A stretch of DNA of 55,489 nt, taken from NCBI GenBank assembly GCA_041633075.1, contig JBFKGZ010000003.1, positions 1-55,489 of the forward strand. Reading direction: 5' to 3'. The notes under the pieces are model-generated. The model was not told where the DNA came from, ran no database searches, and worked only from the letters and a program-made list of their open reading frames with translations. Source of the stretch: Candidatus Deferrimicrobiaceae bacterium. Its GTDB lineage: Bacteria > Desulfobacterota > Deferrimicrobia > Deferrimicrobiales > Deferrimicrobiaceae. Made by a program: the position numbers and the translations under genes. Below are positions 45,875-55,015 of the stretch, piece by piece (positions within the stretch are counted from its first letter, which is position 1; every line of letters starts with the position of its first letter).

Positions 45875-47167
45875 TTGGGCCTGTTCGATTCGTTCCGAAA
45901 GAAGTTCTCCTCGAAAACAGGAGACGAGCGTTCCTTTCTGTCGCGGAAGGTCCAGGATTCCCCCCAGGATCCCCAGGCGAGGCAGAAGCTGGGCCTTTTC
46001 CTCCTGCGGAAGGGAGAGATCGTGGAGGGGACCGACCAGCTGGCACGGGCGGCCATCCTGTACGAAAAGGGCGGGTTCACGACCAAGGCCATCGCCGTCC
46101 TCCGGCAGATGCTCAAGAACGACCCGGCCAACATCGATTTCCAGCGCTGGCTCATCCGTCTGCTTGCTCAGCACGGGCATACGGGAGACGCGTTGAGCGA
46201 ACTGCAGAAGGTGGCCACCGGAGGGATCCGGTTCGAAAACGACGACAAGAGGATCGAATTCTTCCAGAGCACCTCGGAAAACCTGCCGGATAATCCGCTC
46301 CCGTCCTTACTAGTCGCGGACGTTTACCTGTATCAGAGGAAGCTGTTCGAAGCCGTAAGCGAGTTGGTGAAAGCGGTCCCCCTCGTCGGCCCCTCCCGGA
46401 TGGAGAAGGAGTTTACCGTCCGGATGAATGTCCTAACCTCCCTCGCTATGGAAAATCCCCAGCTTTACGAGCCATGCGGCTTCCTTTGGATCGCCGCGGG
46501 AAAACCCGAGGACGGCCTTCCGTACCTGGTAAAAGCGGCGGAATTCATTGAAAGCTTGGGGGATTCGAGTCGCGGATCGCAGACGGACGAGATAATATCC
46601 GCCGTGGAGAAAGGCCAGGCGGAGGGTTTCGCGGGAGCGATGTCCTTCGAGGACGCCTTGCGCAGGCTCTCGGAGCCCGAGGCCCCCGCTCCTCCTCCCG
46701 TTAAAGAGAAAAAGGCACCTTTCCGGGAGGAGAGCGAGGAAGAGAAGTTACTGCAGAGCTCCGTGGAGAAGCTCCAGGCGAAAGTCAACGAGGAGATCGG
46801 AGAGTCGGATCCGGATGCGCGGTACAACCTCGGGATTGCGTACAAGGAGATGGGCCTTCTGGACGAGGCTGTGGAGGAATTCCGGCTCTCCCGCTCGAAG
46901 TCGGAGCTGTTCCTGGGGGCGTCTTGCCTGCTTGCCGAGACGTTGGCCGAGAAAGGGGAGCCCGAGGCGGCAACAGAAACGCTCAGGGAGGTGCTTGCGG
47001 CGGAAGGCGTCGGTCCTTCCGAAACGCGGGATGTCCGCTACCAGATGGCGGTTCTCCTCTCCCGAAGCGGGAAGGAAGAGGAGGCGAGGGAAATCTTTCT
47101 TTCCCTGTACGAGTCTTTTCCGGACTACCGGGACCTCCGGGAGCGTGTCCGGAAATTCGAGGGATGA
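45875..47167 (+). CDS. TPR protein, SgmX/Bd2492-like
   Basis: N-terminal TPRs with 'Y..GGF..KAIAV.RQ.L..DP' and C-terminal TPRs 'D..RYNLGIAYKEMGL.DEA..EF...YRD..ER'. Located after accC and before tamB-tamA. Start chosen at the TTG after GGGAGG; alternative start 45827. Confidence 0.75.
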   Translation: MGLFDSFRKKFSSKTGDERSFLSRKVQDSPQDPQARQKLGLFLLRKGEIVEGTDQLARAAILYEKGGFTTKAIAVLRQMLKNDPANIDFQRWLIRLLAQHGHTGDALSELQKVATGGIRFENDDKRIEFFQSTSENLPDNPLPSLLVADVYLYQRKLFEAVSELVKAVPLVGPSRMEKEFTVRMNVLTSLAMENPQLYEPCGFLWIAAGKPEDGLPYLVKAAEFIESLGDSSRGSQTDEIISAVEKGQAEGFAGAMSFEDALRRLSEPEAPAPPPVKEKKAPFREESEEEKLLQSSVEKLQAKVNEEIGESDPDARYNLGIAYKEMGLLDEAVEEFRLSRSKSELFLGASCLLAETLAEKGEPEAATETLREVLAAEGVGPSETRDVRYQMAVLLSRSGKEEEAREIFLSLYESFPDYRDLRERVRKFEG

Positions 47168-47175
47168 GCAAACTG

Positions 47176-47205
47176 TTGCAACGCGGGATCGGTCCGTGGT
47201 AAAAA
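47176..47205 (+). promoter_or_regulatory. Putative sigma70 promoter of tRNA-Gly
   Basis: TTGCAA-N18-TAAAAA with an extended TG. Confidence 0.45.
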
Positions 47206-47217
47206 AACGGGAAAATT

Positions 47218-47292
47218 GCGGGCGTAATTCAGGGGTAGAATGCAAGCTTCCCAAGCTTGACGTCGCCGGTTCGAATCCGGTCGCCCGCTCCA
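47218..47292 (+). tRNA. tRNA-Gly (anticodon CCC)
   Basis: Acceptor stem GCGGGCG/CGCCCGC, anticodon arm CAAGC-TTCCCAA-GCTTG, T-loop GGTTCGAATCC, discriminator T, encoded CCA. Confidence 0.97.
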
Positions 47293-47316
47293 TCTTGTCA
47301 TCGGAGTATTTCCGGT

Positions 47317-47355
47317 AGCGAAGGGCCCCTTCCCTGCGAGGGGCTCTTCGCTTTT
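47317..47355 (+). terminator. Rho-independent terminator after tRNA-Gly
   Basis: AGCGAAGGGCCCCT-loop-AGGGGCTCTTCGCT followed by TTT. Confidence 0.75.
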
Positions 47356-47382
47356 CCGTCGATTCCTTTATAATTTACCGTT

Positions 47383-50300
47383 ATGGCGAGGCGATGGGCG
47401 TGGCGGATCGGTCTGGGGCTCTTCCTCGTCGTACTTCTTGCCTTCGGAATACGTCGGTTGCTCCAGGAAATTCCCCTCCTCATGGCAAAGGCGGAGGAAA
47501 CGATCCAAGAGGAGGCCCGTGCACTGGGTCTGCGGGTTTCCTACCGGGCGCTTCGGTTGCATCCCCTGCATCTCCGCGTCTCCCTGGAGGAACTGGACAT
47601 CCGGGACGACATCGCCGGCATCCCCCTCGCCCATGCCGGGCATGTCGACGTGTCTCTTTCCCTGAGGCGGATCCTGTCGGGTGCATTGCCGGTCTCCCGC
47701 GTTCTCGTGCGGACATTTTCCGTTCACGCCGGAGAGGCGAACCGGCCCCTCCTGGAAAAACTCCGTGCACCCGGAAAGAGCGAAGGACAGGAGGAGGCCC
47801 CCGAGATTCTTCTCATCGACGGCGACGTCCGCATCCGTCCCTTGGGGCCGCTTGCGGAGTGGGAGGCAAAGATCCCGGAATTGCGAATCCGTCCCGTCCG
47901 GTTTTTGGGAACGCGCGTCACGGTCAAGGTCGAGCAGGCTTCGGGTCGGATTGCTCTCCCGAAAGCGGGGAGCGGGAACATTCCCTTTGACTCGGCGGAA
48001 GCCGATGTCTTCCTGAAGGGAAGTTCCGTCCGGGTCCGCAAGTTTCGTGCTTCGGGGCCATCCGCGAAGGTTGTTCTCTCCGGGGAGTGGGATGGGGGAC
48101 GGCGGGTGGCTGACGTGAAAGGTTCCGGAGAGGCGGATATCGGGGGATGGATGGCGTCCGGAGCGCCGGGAGGAGAATGGCTCCGACGCGCGGCGACGGA
48201 AGGTACGCTCACGTTTTCCGCCCGGTGGCAGGGAAGCCCCGAGAGCCCGGAGGGATCGGTCAAGATCCTGACGCGCAATCTCGTTTTCACGGGGAACACG
48301 CCGGCCACCTTGGACGTCTCGGCCGGGTTCTCGGGAAAAACGGTCCGGATCGAATCGCTCCGTGGAACGGTGTGGGGCGGTGTCGTCTCCGGGGAAGGCA
48401 GGTATGATCTCCCGACAGGGAAGGGAGATGCCCGTTTATCGTTTGCGCAAGCGGCGTTCGGGGAAGCGCCGTGGGATTCCGGAGGAATATCGTGGCGTCC
48501 CGCCGGGAGAGGGGATCTGGTCCTGTCGGTCGCGGGCGGGAGGGAGAAGGTTCGGGGGACCGTTTCCCTGAAAAACCCGGGCGGGTTCGAGCGGCCGAAG
48601 AGGAAAGGCGTCCCGGCGGCGAAGGTGGCATTGCCCGTTACCGCGGCGGCAACCGGCGAATTTGTTCCCGGCAAGGAAGTAAGAATACGGGATTTCCGCG
48701 TGACGGCGGGGAGGGCGGAAGCCGGTGGCCGGGGGACGTATGTTCCTCGGGAGAAACGGTTCTCTTTCACCGGGACAATTCTGGCTCCGGGAGGAAAAGC
48801 GCCGGAATACGGTTGGGTTTACCCCGTTTCCTGGAGGAGCCTTGCCGGCGAGTGGACGCTATCGGGAACCGTGGGAAATCCCCATGTGACCGCGCGGGTA
48901 AGAGCCGAAGGACTCGCCGCGAGGGCGCTTCCCCCCGTTCCCCTCTCCGTGAAGCTGGAGGGAAATCCGGCGGACCTGGTACATTTCGTCGCGGATATTC
49001 CTGCCGACGTGGCGAAAGTGACCGCTACCGGCACGATATCGGGATCTGCCTTGCAAAACCCCGTTCGCCTCGAATCGACGGTAGGCGCACGCGATATCGA
49101 TTTCTCCCTTGCCGGGGAATGGGGCGCCGCCGTGCTCTCTTCCCTGGGTAAGGATCCGGCCCCGCTCAGGAGGCAGGCGGCCGGGATGTCGGGCACGGGG
49201 ACCGCGGATCTGCAATTCTCGGTTGCCCGGGGGTCCTTCTCGGTTTCCGGGACGATGTCCTCCTCCGAGATACGGTTTCCGGGGATCAGCGCACGAGAAG
49301 TATCCGTTTCGGGAGACTGGCGAGAAACCCCTTTCGGTTCGCGATGGGGGTTCCAAGCGGGCGGACAATTCGGGGAAGGCGAATTCGCGCTGACGGGGAA
49401 AGGAGAGGATGGGAAGGCCTCATTCACCGGGACGATGGACGACATCGACCTCGCAACAGCGGTCTCCCTCGTGGACAGGGGATACGGTGCCCGGATCGGA
49501 GGCCGCGCCAACCTGCGCGTGGAGGCAAGAACAGGACCGGAAGGGTGGGAGATCGGGAAACTTTCTGCTTCCGTTCCCCGGTTGACCGCCGCGGGGCTGG
49601 TCATCGAAGGGGTGGTGGCGGAGGGAACCCTCGGCGAATCCTCCGGCGAATTCTCCCTTGTATCCACCTCACCCCGGGTGAAGGCCTCGGCAGTTATTCG
49701 TCGGGAGCGGGGTTGGCCGGTCTCGTTTACCGCGAGAACCGAAGGTGTCCCGACGGGGGTCCTGCTCGAAGCGATCGGGAGGGGGGAGACCACCTCCGGG
49801 GGGACCTGGGATGCGCATGCCGAAGGGGCACTGAAGGCCGCCGATCTGTTCGAGGGAAAGGCGGCGCGTCCGGAGGCGATTTCCGAGTTCCGCTTCTCCC
49901 TCTCGACATCATCCCTGTCCATCGCCGGGATCTCCTTCGATTCCCTGCATGCCGAAGGGAAAAAGGAGAGAGACATCCTCGCCGGGGAAATCGGCACCTC
50001 CCTGCCCGATTCGCTTCTTTCCTATTCCTTCTCGCTCCGGGAGCCGTACGGTTTCCGGGTGAAGGGTTCGTTTTCGGCGGAGCGATCCAATGACGCGGCG
50101 GCGGCAGGCGGCGTTCCGGACGAACCCCGGAATAGCGTCTCCCCGGGCGAGGACGATCATTCTCGTTTCCAAGTCGCCGGACAAGCAGAGCTGAGCGGAT
50201 CCCTGCTCGCGCTCGACCGTTTCCGGGGGAGTCTGCGACTAAAGCGGATATTCTACCGATACGGAGGCGTCGACCTGACCGGGGAGGGAATCTCGATCGT

Positions 50301-51717
50301 CCTTTCCCCCGAGGGCATCCGTTGGGAGAGCGGGACCGTGCAGACCGCCGGAAACCCGCTTCGCGTCTTTGGAAAAGCAACCTGGGCGGGGGACTTGGAT
50401 CTGCGTCTCGAGGGGAATATACCCGCCCCGGCCATCCGGCTGGCAACGGACGTGTTCGACCGGCTGGACGGTATGCTTCAGGTGCAGATACGGGTCACAG
50501 GGAAGTGGGACAATCCTTCCGTCATCGGTACCGGGCACGTGGAAAACGCGACGTTTTCCTTCCAGGGCTATGCACAGCTGTTCGAGAAGATGAACGTCAA
50601 CGCGGTGATCAGCCGGGAGAAGATCATCTTCGAACATTTCGAGGGGAGGAGCGGAGGAGGATACCTCGACGGAAGGGGCGAACTCCCCCTGCGGTTCACC
50701 GAGGGGCAGAGGATGTTCTTCTCGGTGGACTTCTTCGACATGCAATATCCCTACCCGGAGGACCTGCATCCGGTATTACAGGGGCGGGTCGAGCTGATCG
50801 GGCCGATAAAAGACCTCCTCATCACGGGGGATGTGGAAGTCCAGTCCGCGCGCTACACGAAGACCGTCCGCCCCGAGCGGGCGCTTCTGGACTTCCGGAA
50901 GAGGCTTGCGGACGTGACGGCCCGCCGGCAGGAAACCGATTTCCGAATCCGGCTCGACATCGAGGCGGTGGCCGACGGGACGATCTTTGTCCGGAACAAC
51001 CTGGCGGAGGCGGAAATCAAGGGGGAATTCAAGGTCGTGGGGGACACGAGCCGGGTCATCATCCTGGGGACCTTTGATGTGACGGAAGGGCACGTCGACT
51101 ACCGGGGGAATCGGTACGAATTGACGCGGGGGGCGGTGGAATTCCAGGATCCCAGGCGAAATAACCCCGGGCTCGACTTCCGGGCGGAGACGAAAAAGGG
51201 GAACATCCTCGTTGCGGTCGGCGTGACGGGAACGCTGGAAAAGTATGATGTGGAACTCTCCTCCGACCCGCCCTACAGCAAGAACGACATCGTCAGCCTG
51301 CTTTCCCTGGGTGTTACTTCCCAGAGCTTCGCCGGAGCAGCGGGGTCGCTACCGGCTGCGGAGGCGGCGGCGATCGTGCTGGGCCCGGTCACGGGCCGCG
51401 TCACCGAGGAGATCCGGACCGTTATCGGTTTGGATAAGTTTTCTATCGAGCCGTCCTTTTCCACGAGGGAAAATGCGTTCGAGCCACGGTTCATCGTCGG
51501 GAAGAGTTTCGGGGATCGCTTCTCGGTCTCGGTTTCGACGAACGTGGGAACAACGGCGGAGAGCCGCGCCGTAGCGGAGTTCCGGGTCCTTGAGAACGTG
51601 TACCTCGAGGGAAACTGGGAAAGCGCCACCAGGACGAAGGCAGGCGACCTGGGGGCCGACGTAAAATTCCGGTATCGGTACCGCACGTTCAAGGATCTTT
51701 TCCGTGACCGCGACTGA
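47383..51717 (+). CDS. tamB: Translocation/assembly module TamB-like protein (AsmA-like, C-terminal DUF490)
   Basis: 1444 aa with an N-terminal TM anchor, a Gly-rich beta-taco repeat body, and C-terminal 'NP.LD..A...V.VTGT...L.S.PP.S..DI.SLL..G'. Directly precedes an Omp85 gene. Confidence 0.85.
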   Translation: MARRWAWRIGLGLFLVVLLAFGIRRLLQEIPLLMAKAEETIQEEARALGLRVSYRALRLHPLHLRVSLEELDIRDDIAGIPLAHAGHVDVSLSLRRILSGALPVSRVLVRTFSVHAGEANRPLLEKLRAPGKSEGQEEAPEILLIDGDVRIRPLGPLAEWEAKIPELRIRPVRFLGTRVTVKVEQASGRIALPKAGSGNIPFDSAEADVFLKGSSVRVRKFRASGPSAKVVLSGEWDGGRRVADVKGSGEADIGGWMASGAPGGEWLRRAATEGTLTFSARWQGSPESPEGSVKILTRNLVFTGNTPATLDVSAGFSGKTVRIESLRGTVWGGVVSGEGRYDLPTGKGDARLSFAQAAFGEAPWDSGGISWRPAGRGDLVLSVAGGREKVRGTVSLKNPGGFERPKRKGVPAAKVALPVTAAATGEFVPGKEVRIRDFRVTAGRAEAGGRGTYVPREKRFSFTGTILAPGGKAPEYGWVYPVSWRSLAGEWTLSGTVGNPHVTARVRAEGLAARALPPVPLSVKLEGNPADLVHFVADIPADVAKVTATGTISGSALQNPVRLESTVGARDIDFSLAGEWGAAVLSSLGKDPAPLRRQAAGMSGTGTADLQFSVARGSFSVSGTMSSSEIRFPGISAREVSVSGDWRETPFGSRWGFQAGGQFGEGEFALTGKGEDGKASFTGTMDDIDLATAVSLVDRGYGARIGGRANLRVEARTGPEGWEIGKLSASVPRLTAAGLVIEGVVAEGTLGESSGEFSLVSTSPRVKASAVIRRERGWPVSFTARTEGVPTGVLLEAIGRGETTSGGTWDAHAEGALKAADLFEGKAARPEAISEFRFSLSTSSLSIAGISFDSLHAEGKKERDILAGEIGTSLPDSLLSYSFSLREPYGFRVKGSFSAERSNDAAAAGGVPDEPRNSVSPGEDDHSRFQVAGQAELSGSLLALDRFRGSLRLKRIFYRYGGVDLTGEGISIVLSPEGIRWESGTVQTAGNPLRVFGKATWAGDLDLRLEGNIPAPAIRLATDVFDRLDGMLQVQIRVTGKWDNPSVIGTGHVENATFSFQGYAQLFEKMNVNAVISREKIIFEHFEGRSGGGYLDGRGELPLRFTEGQRMFFSVDFFDMQYPYPEDLHPVLQGRVELIGPIKDLLITGDVEVQSARYTKTVRPERALLDFRKRLADVTARRQETDFRIRLDIEAVADGTIFVRNNLAEAEIKGEFKVVGDTSRVIILGTFDVTEGHVDYRGNRYELTRGAVEFQDPRRNNPGLDFRAETKKGNILVAVGVTGTLEKYDVELSSDPPYSKNDIVSLLSLGVTSQSFAGAAGSLPAAEAAAIVLGPVTGRVTEEIRTVIGLDKFSIEPSFSTRENAFEPRFIVGKSFGDRFSVSVSTNVGTTAESRAVAEFRVLENVYLEGNWESATRTKAGDLGADVKFRYRYRTFKDLFRDRD

Positions 51718-54487
51718 GGACCGGGCCGGGCTCCTCCGGGTTCTATGGATCCTGGCGGTACTTCTTATCGCCATTCCCTCGCCTCCCTCCCGCGGCGAAT
51801 CCGTTCCGGACAACGTCATTCCGGTGATCGACTCGATCTCTTTCCGGGTGGCGTCTCCCTACCTGATTTCCTACGAGGAACTGGCAGGGATCGTCACCGT
51901 GCGCACGGGATACCTTCTGACGCGGGATGCCATTCGCGAGTCGATCCGACGGCTCCAGAGGAAGAGCCTGTTCCGGGAGCTTTCCGCATACGTGCGGGAA
52001 GAAGGGGAGAGGGCGGAACTCCTTTTCTATCTTCGCCCGCTCCCTGTCGTCACCGAAATCGAGGTTGCCGGAAATAAGCGGATTGCCGCTTCCCGGATCC
52101 TGGCGGCTTCCCGAATCCGTCGGGGGACGCCGGTTACGGGGGAGGATCTCTCCCGCGCGCAGGCATCCATCCTCTCTCTGCTGCGGGAAAAAGGGTTCCT
52201 CGAAGCGGCGGTTTCGGTTTCCGCGATCTGCAAAGTGGACACCGGAATGGGGAAGGTCCGCATCGAGGTGAAGGAGGGAAGCCCCGCCCTTATAAAGGAA
52301 GTGCGGGCTCCGGGGGCTGGGTATTTCCCCCGGGAGAGGCAGGAGGAGCTTCTCGGTGTTTCTCCCGGTTCCCGCTTCGACTTCCAGGAATGGGAAGAAG
52401 GGGTGAAGAGACTACGGGGTGCGTACAAGCGGGAGGGGTTCCTGACGGTACGCATTCCGGAACCCGGGGTGTTCTGCGAAGACAGGAAAGAACTGTGTCT
52501 TACCGTCCGGGTGGAGGAAGGTCCCCGGTACGAGGTCATGTGGGAGGGAGCCAACCGCTTCTCCGTCGGCAAGCTCGAGAAAGCGTCGGGGATCTACGCG
52601 GAGGAAGGCGAACTCACCGAAGGCGGGCTGGAATACGAACTGAGGGAACGTCTGCTTTCCTTTTACCGGGAGCAGGATCACCTCAAGGCGTCGGTCGATA
52701 TCGAGGCGAAAGAGAAGCCCGACGACGGCCGCTCTCTGAGGATTATCCTTGCGGAAGGGCAGGCGGGATTCCTGAAAAGCATCCGGTTTACGGGGAACGC
52801 GAGGATGCCGGAAAAAAAGCTCAGGAAGCAGATGCTTTCTTCGGAGCGGGGGTTTTTTCGCTTTATCACGGGATCCGGAAAATTCGACGAGGAGGAATGG
52901 AGAGCCGACCTCGCCGCGTTGATCGGGCTGTACCAGAAGGAGGGGTTCGCCCGGGCACGCATCACCTCCGTGGACACCGACTGGGACGAACGCGGGGGGA
53001 TCACGGCGACCATACACATCGAGGAGGGGGAGCGCTATCTGCTTAGGACGATCCGGGTGCAGGGAAACGACCACTTTCTGAGAGAGGAAATCCTTCGACT
53101 GATCAAAAACCGCGAGGGTCGGTATGTCGATTACAGCATGCTCGATCGGGACGAGGAGGCAATCGGAGCGCATTACCGGAATGCAGGGTATCTTGACGTA
53201 TCCGTGAGGACCCGGTTCGAGGAGGGCGAGGAGGAAGACGACGCCACCATTCATTTCCGCATCGAAGAAGGACCGCGGTACCGCCTTGGGAAAGTTGTCG
53301 TCCGGGGGAACGTGCTCACCGACTCCGTGGTGGTCTACCGGGAGGTGACCATTCCCGAGGGAGCCCCGGCCGGGGAAAAGGAGATGCTGACATTCCAGCA
53401 GGCCGTCTTCGGCACGGGGCTGTATAAATCGGTTCGCATGCACAAGGTCAAACGGCCGGACGAAGGGGTCCTCGACCTCATTATCGAAGTAGAGGAGACT
53501 CTCTTCTTCGAGGTCGAGTTCGGGGGGGGATACGGTACCGACACGGGCGTACGCGGGTTCGTGGGCGCAAAGAGCAGGAATATGAACCGGAGGGGAAGAA
53601 GGCTTTCCGCGAACGTAATCGTAAGCCAGAAAGAACAGATATACGTGGCGGATCTGCGGGAGCCATGGGTTTTCGGCAATCGATGGAAGTGGGAGGGGGG
53701 AGTGACCGCATCGCACCAGGAAGCCGAGCGCGAAAGCTTCAGCCTGCGGAAGACGAGCATTGTCACCAGCATCAACAAGACGGTATTCAAGCGGTCGTCC
53801 CTGTCGGTGCAGTATGAACTGTCCCAGGACGACATCTTCGACGTCACCCCCGGAGCCGTCCTGTCGCCGGAGGACCAGGGGTCCGCCACCATCTCGGCGG
53901 TTCGGGGTCTGTTCGTCCTTGATTTCCGGGACGATCCGTTCAACCCGAAGCGGGGATCCTTCAACTCGGGATCCGTGGAATATGCCTCCTACCTCCTCGG
54001 GTCGGAAGTGGACTATTACAAGGTTGTCGGCCAATCGAGCTGGTATTTCCCCTTTTTCCGAAAGAATTCCTTCGTGGTGTCCGGCCGGGCGGGGATCGTC
54101 AGGCCACTCGGGGACACGCAGGAAGTTCCCATCCAGAAGCGTTTTTTCCTCGGCGGGAGGACGACCGTTCGAGGGTTCAAGGAGGATTCGCTCGGTCCGC
54201 GTGCCCTCGACGGGTCCTTCACGGGGGGAGATTACATGGTCAACGGGAACGTCGAACTGCGGTTCCCCGTGCGGTACGGTTTCATCCTCGCCTTGTTCAT
54301 GGACGCGGGGAGCGTGTGGTTCGAAGGGAATCCCGATAACGACTTCGATCTCCGGGAGAGCGCGGGTCTAGGCCTCCGGTATCTGACGCCCGTTGGACCG
54401 GTCGCCCTCGACTACGGGTGGAAACTGGACAGACAGGAGGGGGAATCCTCCTCGGAGTGGCACTTCACGATCGGGGCCGTATTCTGA
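51704..54487 (+). CDS. Omp85-family outer membrane protein (TamA/BamA-like) with about 7 POTRA domains
   Basis: Repeated POTRA starts (I...GN) and barrel motifs RDD..NP.RG, RFF.GG..TVRGF, GLRY.TPVGP..LDYG, terminal F.IG..F. Confidence 0.9.
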   Translation: MTATEDRAGLLRVLWILAVLLIAIPSPPSRGESVPDNVIPVIDSISFRVASPYLISYEELAGIVTVRTGYLLTRDAIRESIRRLQRKSLFRELSAYVREEGERAELLFYLRPLPVVTEIEVAGNKRIAASRILAASRIRRGTPVTGEDLSRAQASILSLLREKGFLEAAVSVSAICKVDTGMGKVRIEVKEGSPALIKEVRAPGAGYFPRERQEELLGVSPGSRFDFQEWEEGVKRLRGAYKREGFLTVRIPEPGVFCEDRKELCLTVRVEEGPRYEVMWEGANRFSVGKLEKASGIYAEEGELTEGGLEYELRERLLSFYREQDHLKASVDIEAKEKPDDGRSLRIILAEGQAGFLKSIRFTGNARMPEKKLRKQMLSSERGFFRFITGSGKFDEEEWRADLAALIGLYQKEGFARARITSVDTDWDERGGITATIHIEEGERYLLRTIRVQGNDHFLREEILRLIKNREGRYVDYSMLDRDEEAIGAHYRNAGYLDVSVRTRFEEGEEEDDATIHFRIEEGPRYRLGKVVVRGNVLTDSVVVYREVTIPEGAPAGEKEMLTFQQAVFGTGLYKSVRMHKVKRPDEGVLDLIIEVEETLFFEVEFGGGYGTDTGVRGFVGAKSRNMNRRGRRLSANVIVSQKEQIYVADLREPWVFGNRWKWEGGVTASHQEAERESFSLRKTSIVTSINKTVFKRSSLSVQYELSQDDIFDVTPGAVLSPEDQGSATISAVRGLFVLDFRDDPFNPKRGSFNSGSVEYASYLLGSEVDYYKVVGQSSWYFPFFRKNSFVVSGRAGIVRPLGDTQEVPIQKRFFLGGRTTVRGFKEDSLGPRALDGSFTGGDYMVNGNVELRFPVRYGFILALFMDAGSVWFEGNPDNDFDLRESAGLGLRYLTPVGPVALDYGWKLDRQEGESSSEWHFTIGAVF

Positions 54488-54506
54488 CGGGTTCCCACAG
54501 AAGGCG

Positions 54507-54896
54507 TCAGGCGAGGGAAGCGAGGGCTTGCTTCCGGACAACCCGCGTCCTGGCGATGCGGTCTCCGATCCTCTGATGGTCGGGGTTGCGGAGCAAAGCG
54601 GCCGTCTCCAACACGATGGCGAGGGGGAAAACCACATAGAACAGGAACAGCACGTTCCGGAACGAGGAGTCGATGAGGTCTATGGGGCGCCCGTCCGTGT
54701 GGACGACCCGTATGCCCATCACTTTCTTGCCGATGCTCTGACCCGAGAGGATCCCGTCGCGGAAGAGGATGTAGAGCATCGCCAGAAAGTGCCCGAAGCC
54801 TCCGAGCCCGTAGAACAGGGCGAGGTAGACGATCAGGTCGATGAGGAACGCGAGGGAGCGGGTCTGCCAGTCCGCTGCTGGGAGTTCTTCCGCCAA
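54507..54896 (-). CDS. RDD family membrane protein
   Basis: R..AF.ID, RDG..GQSIGKK.MGIRVV, RN, QRIGDRIARTRV. Confidence 0.88.
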   Translation of the reverse strand: MAEELPAADWQTRSLAFLIDLIVYLALFYGLGGFGHFLAMLYILFRDGILSGQSIGKKVMGIRVVHTDGRPIDLIDSSFRNVLFLFYVVFPLAIVLETAALLRNPDHQRIGDRIARTRVVRKQALASLA

Positions 54897-55015
54897 GGAT
54901 TTACCTCGGAGCCGGTTTGGTCTTTCATTCTATCCATTTTCCTTCTTTCTCGTCACGCGTAAATCGTGTTAGGTTTTTCCATGAATGGGAGACTTCCCAC
55001 GGAAAGGACCTTGCC

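Noticed and set aside
47218-47383. tRNA-Gly as an integration site for an island or prophage
   Set aside because: No integrase, no duplicated tRNA 3' end and no compositional shift nearby.
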